From positions 34,171 to 98,170 of the forward strand of contig CAXYCT010000017.1 in the NCBI GenBank assembly GCA_964275745.1: 64,000 bases of DNA, given 5' to 3'. This stretch comes from an uncultured Woeseiaceae bacterium (GTDB taxonomy: Bacteria; Pseudomonadota; Gammaproteobacteria; Steroidobacterales; Woeseiaceae). The translations under genes and the position numbers were made by a program. Below, in pieces: positions 48,405-56,409 of the stretch (within the stretch, counting starts at the first letter, position 1; every line of letters begins with the position of its first letter). The notes under the pieces are model-generated. The model worked only from the letters and a program-made list of their open reading frames with translations, had not been told where the DNA came from and searched no databases.

Positions 48405-49391
48405 ATGAGAAAACGAAGAAATATTGAAGCTTTTAGCCTCTCTTTTTTGGATTGCATATGTTGTGGCTTTGGTGCTGTCGTATTGTTGTTGGTTCTAAGT
48501 AAGCTTTATGATCCTAATTTTGTGTCTACAGATGAAGCTTCAGATGAAGTAATTATTTCTTTAGAAGAGCAGTTAAAAAATGCTCAAGATGAGGTAATAA
48601 ATACCATAAATTCTAGAAATAATGTTAAAAAAGAAGTTACTGATAAAAAAGTTAATTTAGATATTCTACAAAATGAATTGAAGAGTGTGAAGGGCAGGTA
48701 TGAGTTAAGTTTATCTGAACCAGAGATGCTTCAGGCGAGTGAGGATAATCTTGAGGAGGCAAAACAGAAAATTTCAGAAGAAATAAAAAGATTACAACCT
48801 AATTATAAAAGAGCAGCAAATGAAGCAATAGGTGGAATTCCTGTCGACAGTGAGTACATTATTTTTGTCATCGATACATCAGGAAGCATGCAATCCAAAT
48901 GGGCATGGGCGGAGAGAAAATTAGGAGAAGTATTAGATGTTTACCCAACAGTAAAGGGTTTACAAATAATGAATGATAATGGCAGTTTTATGTTTCAACA
49001 ATATGGACGTAATTGGCTCCCAGATACCCCTCAACTAAGGCAATCAATAAAGAATACAATGCGTCAATGGGCGCCTTTTAGTGACAGTGATCCTTCTGAT
49101 GGAATTATATATGCCATCCAGTCATTTTGGTCACCAGAAAAAAAGATAAGTATCTATGTTTTTGGTGATGAATTTCAAGGAAACTCTATGGAGAAGGTAT
49201 TAAGAGATATTGATCGAATTAATATTGAGAACGAGGAAGGAGATCGCCTTGTTAGGATTCACGCTGTTGGTTTCCCCTATTCTTTTGGTGGAAGAAGTAT
49301 TCCTCAGAGTTCCCAAAGATTTGCTGGGCTGATGCGACTTTTGTGCGAGAGGAATGGTGGAACGTTCGTGGCGTTAACAAATAATGATTAA
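48405..49391 (+). CDS. ExbD/TolR-like TM anchor + coiled coil + vWA domain protein 2 (paralogue)
   Basis: ATG 48405 after an AGGAGA RBS. The N-terminus is MRKRRNIEAFSLSFLDCICCGFGAVVLLL, followed by a coiled-coil-like region and a vWA domain with the MIDAS motif FVIDTSGSM. The ORF-track start at 48336 overlaps the previous gene. Confidence 0.7.
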   Translation: MRKRRNIEAFSLSFLDCICCGFGAVVLLLVLSKLYDPNFVSTDEASDEVIISLEEQLKNAQDEVINTINSRNNVKKEVTDKKVNLDILQNELKSVKGRYELSLSEPEMLQASEDNLEEAKQKISEEIKRLQPNYKRAANEAIGGIPVDSEYIIFVIDTSGSMQSKWAWAERKLGEVLDVYPTVKGLQIMNDNGSFMFQQYGRNWLPDTPQLRQSIKNTMRQWAPFSDSDPSDGIIYAIQSFWSPEKKISIYVFGDEFQGNSMEKVLRDIDRINIENEEGDRLVRIHAVGFPYSFGGRSIPQSSQRFAGLMRLLCERNGGTFVALTNND

Positions 49392-49399
49392 TAAAAAGT

Positions 49400-49431
49400 A
49401 ACCCCAGCTTATTATGACTGGGGTTTTTTGT
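49400..49431. terminator. Bidirectional rho-independent terminator
   Basis: Hairpin AACCCCAG (49400-49407) / CTGGGGTT (49418-49425) followed by a T run, with an A-rich tract on the 5' side. It lies between convergent genes. Confidence 0.8.
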
Positions 49432-49439
49432 TTCATTTA

Positions 49440-49886
49440 TTATTCTATAATAAATGAGCCTTTCATGATTGCGTAGTGTCCTGGAAATGTACAAAAGTAG
49501 GTATAATTTGTTGAGCTATCTAATGAGCTTAAATCAAATGTTACTGATGACTCTTGCCCTCCACCGATCATGTCAGTAGCAGCGATGATTCTTTCATCAC
49601 TCTCGGGGAGATAGCCTGGAGCTCCAGCTTGCATAGCAGCACCTGTTAGTGGCATCATATTTTCAGTGGTACTTAATACCCAGTTATGACCCATGAATTG
49701 TTGTGGAAGATTACCAACATGTTTCAGAGTAACGGTAAGACTTGTGCAGCCAGAACTAACTTTCATTTCTTTCATATTAAATTGCATTGCATCGTTTGAT
49801 TCAATTACTTGAGTGCAGTCTTGCGCGAACGATATATTTGTTATACTGGATAATAGTAATACTGCAGCAAAATAGGTAAATTTCAT
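49440..49886 (-). CDS. azu: Azurin (blue copper protein)
   Basis: A signal peptide, then CTQVIESNDAMQFN...MGHNWVLS...YFCTFPGHYAIMKG. The Cu ligands His, Cys, His and Met are in the canonical azurin context. ATG 49886 lies behind an AGGAGA RBS. Confidence 0.9.
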   Translation of the reverse strand: MKFTYFAAVLLLSSITNISFAQDCTQVIESNDAMQFNMKEMKVSSGCTSLTVTLKHVGNLPQQFMGHNWVLSTTENMMPLTGAAMQAGAPGYLPESDERIIAATDMIGGGQESSVTFDLSSLDSSTNYTYFCTFPGHYAIMKGSFIIE

Positions 49887-50071
49887 TATATTCTCTCCTG
49901 CCTTGATGTAGGTTAAGGCAATCATTGTTAAGTGAATGTAAAATAAGATAAATTACACAATTAATTATACTTATAATCCAATATATAAATTACTTTTCAG
50001 TTTTTATTAATCTAGATATTTATTTTAAGGTAGTAATAATGAACATATCTTGTTAGCTGTATTATATTACG

Positions 50072-50449
50072 TTGATAAATAGAGAGGCTAGTAGATTGAC
50101 CAAATTAATTGAAAAAAAGTGTAACAACTGCGAAAAGGATGCAGTTGCTTTGAGTTGTGAAGATATTCTTGCATATCTAAAACAAATCAACAAAGAATGG
50201 CTGTTTGATGATACACAAAATATTATTAATAGACGTTTTTATTTTCCTATTTATAGTCAAACTATTGCCTTTGTAAATGCTGTGGCATGGATAGCTGTTA
50301 AGGAGGGTCACCACCCTGAAATGCAAATTGGTTACGGATATTGCGATATTAAATTTACTACGAATGCCATTGCTGCTCTTACAGAAAATGACTTTATTTG
50401 TGCGGCTAAAATTGATCATTTAATTGCTGAGGAATCTGATTATGTATGA
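50072..50449 (+). CDS. phhB: 4a-hydroxytetrahydrobiopterin (pterin-4a-carbinolamine) dehydratase
   Basis: PCD-family motif KEGHHPEM and a length of about 115-125 aa. The start is uncertain (TTG 50072, or TTG 50096 behind AGAGAGG). Confidence 0.75.
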   Translation: MINREASRLTKLIEKKCNNCEKDAVALSCEDILAYLKQINKEWLFDDTQNIINRRFYFPIYSQTIAFVNAVAWIAVKEGHHPEMQIGYGYCDIKFTTNAIAALTENDFICAAKIDHLIAEESDYV

Positions 50450-51413
50450 TTATAAAGAAATCTTGATGGCAGCAGAGCGCTTAAAAGGGGTGATTCAAGA
50501 AACGCCATTATTTGAATCTGCGGAGTTAAACAAGAGAGCTAAAGCAAAAATTTTAATTAAACCTGAAAATCTCCAAAGAACAGGCTCATTCAAAATCAGA
50601 GGTGCCTATAATTTAATGTCCCAATTAAGTGATGCCGAAGCCTCCAGAGGAGTTGTGGCATTTTCGTCAGGAAATCACGCACAAGGTGTCGCTTTAGCAG
50701 GAAGTCTATTGGGCATTGAGACGATTATAGTTATCCCAGAGGATGCACCTAAAGCAAAGATTGAAAATACTAAAAAACTAGGTGGTAATGTAATTTTATA
50801 TAATCGTTATAAAGAAGATCGCGAAGCAATAGCTAAAAATATCGCCTTAGAAAAAAATTCAACCCTCGTTCCCTCTTATGATCACAAAGATATAATTATT
50901 GGCCAAGGAACAATGGGTTTGGAGATTGTGCAGCAGTGTAAGAAAAAAAATATGAATCTAGATCAGGTATTGATTTGTTGTGGTGGAGGAGGTTTGAGTG
51001 CAGGCTCTTCTCTAGCCATTAAGGGTTTCCTTCCTAGAGCTGCTATTTATCTTGTGGAGCCACAATACTTTAATGATACGCAAGAATCTTTTAAAGCCAG
51101 AATGAGGGTTAAAAATAATACTCATGAGAAATCAATTTGTGATGCTTTGCTTGCTGAAACACCTGGCGAACTGACTTTTGCAATTAATAAAGAGTTAGCT
51201 ACAAATATATTGACAGTTTCTGATGCGCAAGTAAAAGATGCCATGCGATTTGCTTTTCTACATTTTAAAATGGTTGTTGAGCCGGGTGGTGCTGTCGCTT
51301 TAGCTGCTATCTTACATAATAAAATCGAACTTGAAGGAAAGGTAACCGCAATAGTTTTGAGTGGTGGTAACGTTGATCGTGAATTATTTGCTGAGATACA
51401 GGGCAGCGGTTGA
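50442..51413 (+). CDS. PLP-dependent serine/threonine dehydratase (fold-type II; threonine ammonia-lyase/serine racemase-like)
   Basis: PLP-Lys motif GSFKIRGA, SSGNHAQG and the glycine loop CCGGGGLSAG. ATG 50442 lies behind GAGGAA and overlaps the phhB stop by 8 nt. Confidence 0.8.
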   Translation: MYDYKEILMAAERLKGVIQETPLFESAELNKRAKAKILIKPENLQRTGSFKIRGAYNLMSQLSDAEASRGVVAFSSGNHAQGVALAGSLLGIETIIVIPEDAPKAKIENTKKLGGNVILYNRYKEDREAIAKNIALEKNSTLVPSYDHKDIIIGQGTMGLEIVQQCKKKNMNLDQVLICCGGGGLSAGSSLAIKGFLPRAAIYLVEPQYFNDTQESFKARMRVKNNTHEKSICDALLAETPGELTFAINKELATNILTVSDAQVKDAMRFAFLHFKMVVEPGGAVALAAILHNKIELEGKVTAIVLSGGNVDRELFAEIQGSG

Positions 51414-51434
51414 TATTTATTTTTTAATTAAACT

Positions 51435-53276
51435 TTAGAACATACCGCTTTTATCAAACTCTTCATCTTTTATTGCATGCCTGTTAGCTATCCATTCGCC
51501 GGTGATCATTTTATCATACGTTTGTCCAGGCCCAACCATAGGATAAACTCCTGCATCAGGATCAATAATCACTTCTAGAAATGCTGGTCCTTCAAAATCA
51601 ATAAACTCTCTCACCATCTCTTTGATATTCTCTTTCTTATCTAATCTTTTGCTATATTCGAAGCCATCGGCTTCAGCTGTTTTAGTGAAATCCTTCCTAT
51701 GTAATGATTTATCGCTTGCTGACATTCTTCCTTTGTAATAGAGTTTTTGCCATTGACGAACCATCCCATCACCGAAATTATTAAGTACCAATACCTTGAC
51801 TGGTAATTTATAGGTGGTAGCAGTCTCTAATTCACCAATATTCATTCGGATACTGGCATCCCCATCAATATCAATTACCAGTCTATTTTTCTGAGCGAAT
51901 TGAGCACCAATTGCGGCAGGCAAGCCAAAGCCCATAGTTCCCATTGATCCAGAAGTTAGCCATAATCTTGGCTCTTTATAATCAAAGTATTGTGCTGCCC
52001 ACATTTGGTGTTGCCCGACACCAGTAGTAATTATAGCGTTGCCACCGGTTAATGAATTTATTTCTTCTATTACTGCGTAAGGCTGAATTAAGTCGCTTTC
52101 TCTATCGTAATTTAATTTGTATATGTCTTTTAGCTCAGCAATATGAGTATGCCATTGTTCTAATGACTGATGGTGCGAGATTTTTTTACCATAAGCAAGA
52201 AGATGATTTAGATCATTTTTTAACTGACCAACATGATGCCAATCAACTTGTTTAACTTTACCAATTTCCGAAATATCTATGTCAAAGTGAGCTATTTTCT
52301 TTGCATTTGGTGCAAATCCACTTGGGTCTCCAGCTACTCTATCATCAAATCTAGCACCAATATTGATTAGAAAATCACAATCATCAACTGCATAATTTGC
52401 AGAAGCTATTCCATGCATACCTAGCATATGTAATGACAATGGTTGGGTAGTATCACTAGCCCCAAGGGCCATCAATGTAGTCACAATTGGAATACCATAG
52501 GCTGATGCAAATGCTTTCATTTCATCACTAGCATTTGCATTAATCACGCCACCACCAGCATAGATTAGCGGTCTCTTTGAGTCTTTAAGTAAGGCGTAAA
52601 ATTTTTCGCAAGCATTTTCCTGAAGAACGTTATTCATCACTGCATCTAATCGATTTCGATATCCAGTTAATGGAAGTGATCCTTCACCATTGAACTTACC
52701 TTCCCAGTTTTGAATATCTTTTGGGATATCTACTACGACAGGTCCGGGTCTCCCCGTTCGAGCTAACTCGAAAGCAGATCGGATAGTTGATTCTAGGAGA
52801 GTTGCATCTGTTACTAAAAAAATATGTTTTGAAACAGCTCCCATAATCGCTGATACTGGCGCTTCTTGAAACGCATCTGTACCAATTGCTGTGGTAGGAA
52901 CTTGACCACAAATTACAACAATTGGAACTGAATCAGCCATACAGTCTCGGATAGGAGTTACAGTATTTGTTGCTCCTGGCCCTGATGTAACCATAACAAC
53001 ACCAACATTTCCACTAGCTCTGGCATACCCAGAGGCCATAAAACCTGCACCCTGTTCATTGGCGGGAACGATCAGAGGCATTGGTTGTGTTCCATCTGCT
53101 TTCTTATGGTCATGATTGAACCTAAAAACTGCATCATAGGTTGGTAGGATTGCACCTCCACTATAACCAAATATAGTATTAACATTTTCATCTGCTAAGA
53201 CTTGAACAATAATATCTGCACCCATCATTGTCTTTCCAGCGAGTGGGTGTTTTTGAGAGTTTTTAGTTGGTTTCAT
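51435..53276 (-). CDS. ilvI: Acetolactate synthase, large (catalytic) subunit
   Basis: 613 aa, with GADIIVQVL...GYSGGAILP at the N-terminus and the ThDP motif GSMGTMGFGLPAAIGA...DIDGDASIRMN. Confidence 0.9.
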   Translation of the reverse strand: MKPTKNSQKHPLAGKTMMGADIIVQVLADENVNTIFGYSGGAILPTYDAVFRFNHDHKKADGTQPMPLIVPANEQGAGFMASGYARASGNVGVVMVTSGPGATNTVTPIRDCMADSVPIVVICGQVPTTAIGTDAFQEAPVSAIMGAVSKHIFLVTDATLLESTIRSAFELARTGRPGPVVVDIPKDIQNWEGKFNGEGSLPLTGYRNRLDAVMNNVLQENACEKFYALLKDSKRPLIYAGGGVINANASDEMKAFASAYGIPIVTTLMALGASDTTQPLSLHMLGMHGIASANYAVDDCDFLINIGARFDDRVAGDPSGFAPNAKKIAHFDIDISEIGKVKQVDWHHVGQLKNDLNHLLAYGKKISHHQSLEQWHTHIAELKDIYKLNYDRESDLIQPYAVIEEINSLTGGNAIITTGVGQHQMWAAQYFDYKEPRLWLTSGSMGTMGFGLPAAIGAQFAQKNRLVIDIDGDASIRMNIGELETATTYKLPVKVLVLNNFGDGMVRQWQKLYYKGRMSASDKSLHRKDFTKTAEADGFEYSKRLDKKENIKEMVREFIDFEGPAFLEVIIDPDAGVYPMVGPGQTYDKMITGEWIANRHAIKDEEFDKSGMF

Positions 53277-53446
53277 TTTATTTATGTTTATTGAATGATT
53301 TCGCTGTCATTTTTACTGAGTGTTTACTATATTTTATTACATTGCAATAGTATTAAAACTAAGAGAACATCGATTATTACCTAATTGGTTTATACTACCA
53401 ATGATTTATTATTTGATTGTATTTTTTCGATTTCAGAGGAATCTTT

Positions 53447-53965
53447 ATGCGTCATGTTATATCAGTGATACTCCAGAATGAAGTTGGTGCTCTAACAAGA
53501 ATGACCGGCTTATTTTCTACGCGTGGTTATAATATTGAATCACTTAACGTAGCTCCTACAGATGATGTTAATTTATCTCGAGTTACACTAGTGATTGAAG
53601 GTTCAGATGAAGCAATTGCGCAACTTAATTCTCAATTATCAAAATTGGTTGATGTTGTAGGTATTAATGATATGACCTTGGGGGCTCATTTTGAACGAGA
53701 ATTATTAATTATTAAAATTAAGCTCAATAAGGATTCCATGGAAGAGTTACTTGCCGTAATAGATAGTTATAGTGCAGAAATTTTAGACGACTCTATGAAC
53801 AGCTTTACTATCCAATTAACTGGCGCTAGAGAAATAATTGATGATTTTGTGGGAAAAATACCTCTACTAGGTGATGTTCATGCACTTGCAAGAAGTGGTA
53901 GCGTTGCAGTCACAAAAGGAGAAATAACTTTATCCTCTTACGCAAACCAGAATTTATCAAGTTAA
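53447..53965 (+). CDS. ilvH: Acetolactate synthase, small (regulatory) subunit
   Basis: ACT-domain N-terminus MRHVISVILQNEVGALTRMTGLFSTRGYNIESLNVAPT. ATG 53447 lies behind an AGAGGA RBS. Confidence 0.9.
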   Translation: MRHVISVILQNEVGALTRMTGLFSTRGYNIESLNVAPTDDVNLSRVTLVIEGSDEAIAQLNSQLSKLVDVVGINDMTLGAHFERELLIIKIKLNKDSMEELLAVIDSYSAEILDDSMNSFTIQLTGAREIIDDFVGKIPLLGDVHALARSGSVAVTKGEITLSSYANQNLSS

Positions 53966-53972
53966 GAATTAC

Positions 53973-55088
53973 ATGCAAAGAGATAGACTTTATGGATTCA
54001 AACGTCTCGTAATTAAAATAGGATCTGCGTTATTAATCGATAAAGACGGCACTTTTAATAAACTTTGGCTTAAAAGTATTGCTGATGAAATTAGTAGGTT
54101 AGTGGAAAATGGCGTTGAAATATTAGTAGTTTCATCAGGTGCTGTGGCGATAGGCTGTAGCGTTATTGACAGAAAAAGGTCACAAATGAGCCTTAATGAA
54201 CTGCAAGCTGCCGCAGCTATGGGGCAAGCTCAATTAGTCATTGAGTGGCAAGAAGCCTTAGAAAAAAATAATGTTAAAGTAGCACAAATATTGCTAACTC
54301 CTGGTGATACAGAAAATCGAAAAAGATTTTTAAATTCTAAAAATACTTTACAGGCACTATTGAAATTGGATGTCATTCCAATTATTAATGAAAATGATAC
54401 TGTAGCCACTGATGAGTTGAGTTATGGCGATAATGATCGCTTGGCTGCTCGTGTAGCTCAGATGGTGATGGCTGATGGCTTGATTCTTTTGTCAGATGTG
54501 GATGGCTTGTATGATAAAGACCCAGCTTTAACTCCTAAAGCAAAGCATATAGGCAGTATTAATTCAGTAACAGATGAAATTCTAAAGATGGCTGGATCTA
54601 GAGAATCAAATTATGGGAGTGGTGGTATGCTTACAAAATTACATGCTGCTAAAATTGCAATGCATGCTGGCTGTACAACAATTATTTCAAATGGAACTCA
54701 AAATAAACCTATTTCAAATCTTATGGATGGTGGTAAATGTTCTATTTTTAAGGCAAAGCAAAGCCCAGGCATGATAAGAAAACAGTGGTTATCAGGCTTT
54801 TTAGATACAAGTGGCACTCTAATTATTGATAAAGGTGCTAAAGAAGCCTTAAATCAAGGGGGGAGTTTGCTACCAGTTGGTTTGACTGAAGTTAGTGGTG
54901 ATTTTGAGCGTGGTGATGTAGTCATCTTGAATGATGAAATAGGCAATGAAATTGGTAAAGGTGTCACCACTTATTCTTCTGTTGAGGCAAGTTTAATTGT
55001 TGGGTGCCGATCTGAGGAAATCCTAAAAAAATTAGGTTACCAAGGTAAGCCAGAGATTATTCATCGAGATGATATGGTGCTTTTTTAA
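53973..55088 (+). CDS. proB: Glutamate 5-kinase
   Basis: The amino-acid-kinase fold (IKIGSALL, VSSGAVA, INENDTVA) plus a C-terminal PUA domain. Confidence 0.9.
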   Translation: MQRDRLYGFKRLVIKIGSALLIDKDGTFNKLWLKSIADEISRLVENGVEILVVSSGAVAIGCSVIDRKRSQMSLNELQAAAAMGQAQLVIEWQEALEKNNVKVAQILLTPGDTENRKRFLNSKNTLQALLKLDVIPIINENDTVATDELSYGDNDRLAARVAQMVMADGLILLSDVDGLYDKDPALTPKAKHIGSINSVTDEILKMAGSRESNYGSGGMLTKLHAAKIAMHAGCTTIISNGTQNKPISNLMDGGKCSIFKAKQSPGMIRKQWLSGFLDTSGTLIIDKGAKEALNQGGSLLPVGLTEVSGDFERGDVVILNDEIGNEIGKGVTTYSSVEASLIVGCRSEEILKKLGYQGKPEIIHRDDMVLF

Positions 55089-55129
55089 GTTTAGGAATAA
55101 TTTAATACTGATTTAAAAATAGGGTATTT

Positions 55130-56398
55130 ATGGCAATCGAAAATATAAGTGATGTAATGAATAAAATGGGTACTTTGGCTAAAGTGGCAGCGAAGAGATT
55201 TGCCCAAACTTCTGAGCTACAAAAAAACCTAGCCATACAGTTAATCTCAGAATCTTTATTAAAAAATACCAAAATGATTTTAGAGGCCAATAAAAAAGAT
55301 GCAGATAATGCAAAGAAAAAAAATATAGCTGCATCAATGCTCGATAGATTACTACTAAATGAAGAGCGAATTTATTTAATGGCTAAAAGTTTAGAAGAAA
55401 TTATAAAAATAAAAGATCCTATCAATCTTATATTAGATGATTGGGTGCGTCCAAATGGATTGAGAATTCAGCGTATATCAGTACCTCTGGGAGTTATTGG
55501 GATCATTTATGAGAGTCGCCCAAATGTTACCGCGGATGCTGCTGCACTATGCATTAAATCAGGGAATTCTGTTATCCTAAGAGGTGGTTCTGAAAGCTTT
55601 GAATCTAATAAAATTATTCATGATTGTTTATCTCAAGCTCTCAAAGATGCAAATCTAGATCCCAATATTGTGCAATTTGTTCCAACCAAAGACAGAGATG
55701 TGGTTGGTTATATGCTCGCTTCAATGCATCGATATCTTGATGTCATCGTACCAAGAGGTGGCAAGAGTCTAGTAAAAAGGGTTCAAGATGAGGCGCGTAT
55801 TCCGGTTATAGGGCATCTTGAAGGTATCTGTCATGTATATGTCCATAAGTCAGCTAATACAAATATATCTAAAGAGGTAATTTTAAATTCAAAAATGCGT
55901 CGTACAGGAATTTGTGGTGCTGCAGAAACAATTTTGATCGATAGAGCAATATCGCCAATATTTCTAAAAGAGCTTATAAGTAATTTAATAGACGCTGGAT
56001 GTGAAGTTAGGGGTGATGAGGAAGTAAGAACTTACTCTCATAGAGTTATACCAAGTAACGATACTGACTGGTCTACTGAATATCTAGATGCCATTATTTC
56101 CTGTAAAATTGTAGAAGATATTAATGAGGCCATGGACCATATTGATAGTTATGGCTCGGGTCATACGGATAGCATTATTGCTGAAGACTCTGAAGCCGTG
56201 ACAACATTTATTAAAAATATAGATAGCGCCATCGTGATGCATAATACATCAACTCAGTTTGCAGACGGAGGCGAATTTGGAATGGGCGCAGAAATTGGTA
56301 TAGCTACTGGCAGAATACATGCCAGAGGTCCGGTGGGAGCAATGCAGTTAACTAGCTATAAATATGTGGTTCATGGTAAGGGCCAAATTAGAAGTTAG
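55130..56398 (+). CDS. proA: Glutamate-5-semialdehyde dehydrogenase
   Basis: 422 aa, with GVIGIIYESRPNVT and the catalytic Cys context RRTGICGAAETIL. It lies downstream of proB. Confidence 0.9.
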   Translation: MAIENISDVMNKMGTLAKVAAKRFAQTSELQKNLAIQLISESLLKNTKMILEANKKDADNAKKKNIAASMLDRLLLNEERIYLMAKSLEEIIKIKDPINLILDDWVRPNGLRIQRISVPLGVIGIIYESRPNVTADAAALCIKSGNSVILRGGSESFESNKIIHDCLSQALKDANLDPNIVQFVPTKDRDVVGYMLASMHRYLDVIVPRGGKSLVKRVQDEARIPVIGHLEGICHVYVHKSANTNISKEVILNSKMRRTGICGAAETILIDRAISPIFLKELISNLIDAGCEVRGDEEVRTYSHRVIPSNDTDWSTEYLDAIISCKIVEDINEAMDHIDSYGSGHTDSIIAEDSEAVTTFIKNIDSAIVMHNTSTQFADGGEFGMGAEIGIATGRIHARGPVGAMQLTSYKYVVHGKGQIRS

Positions 56399-56409
56399 TT
56401 TTAACTTGC

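Noticed and set aside
45122-49391. Identification of the MotA-like/anchor genes as Zorya (ZorAB), Tol (TolQR), ExbBD or GldLM.
   Set aside because: The A subunit (268 aa) has no long C-terminal coiled-coil tail, and there are no ZorC/D-like genes. There are no TolA/TolB/Pal or TonB partners, no GldM/N-like proteins, and the anchor proteins have no OmpA-like or ExbD periplasmic domain. The resemblance is at family level only.
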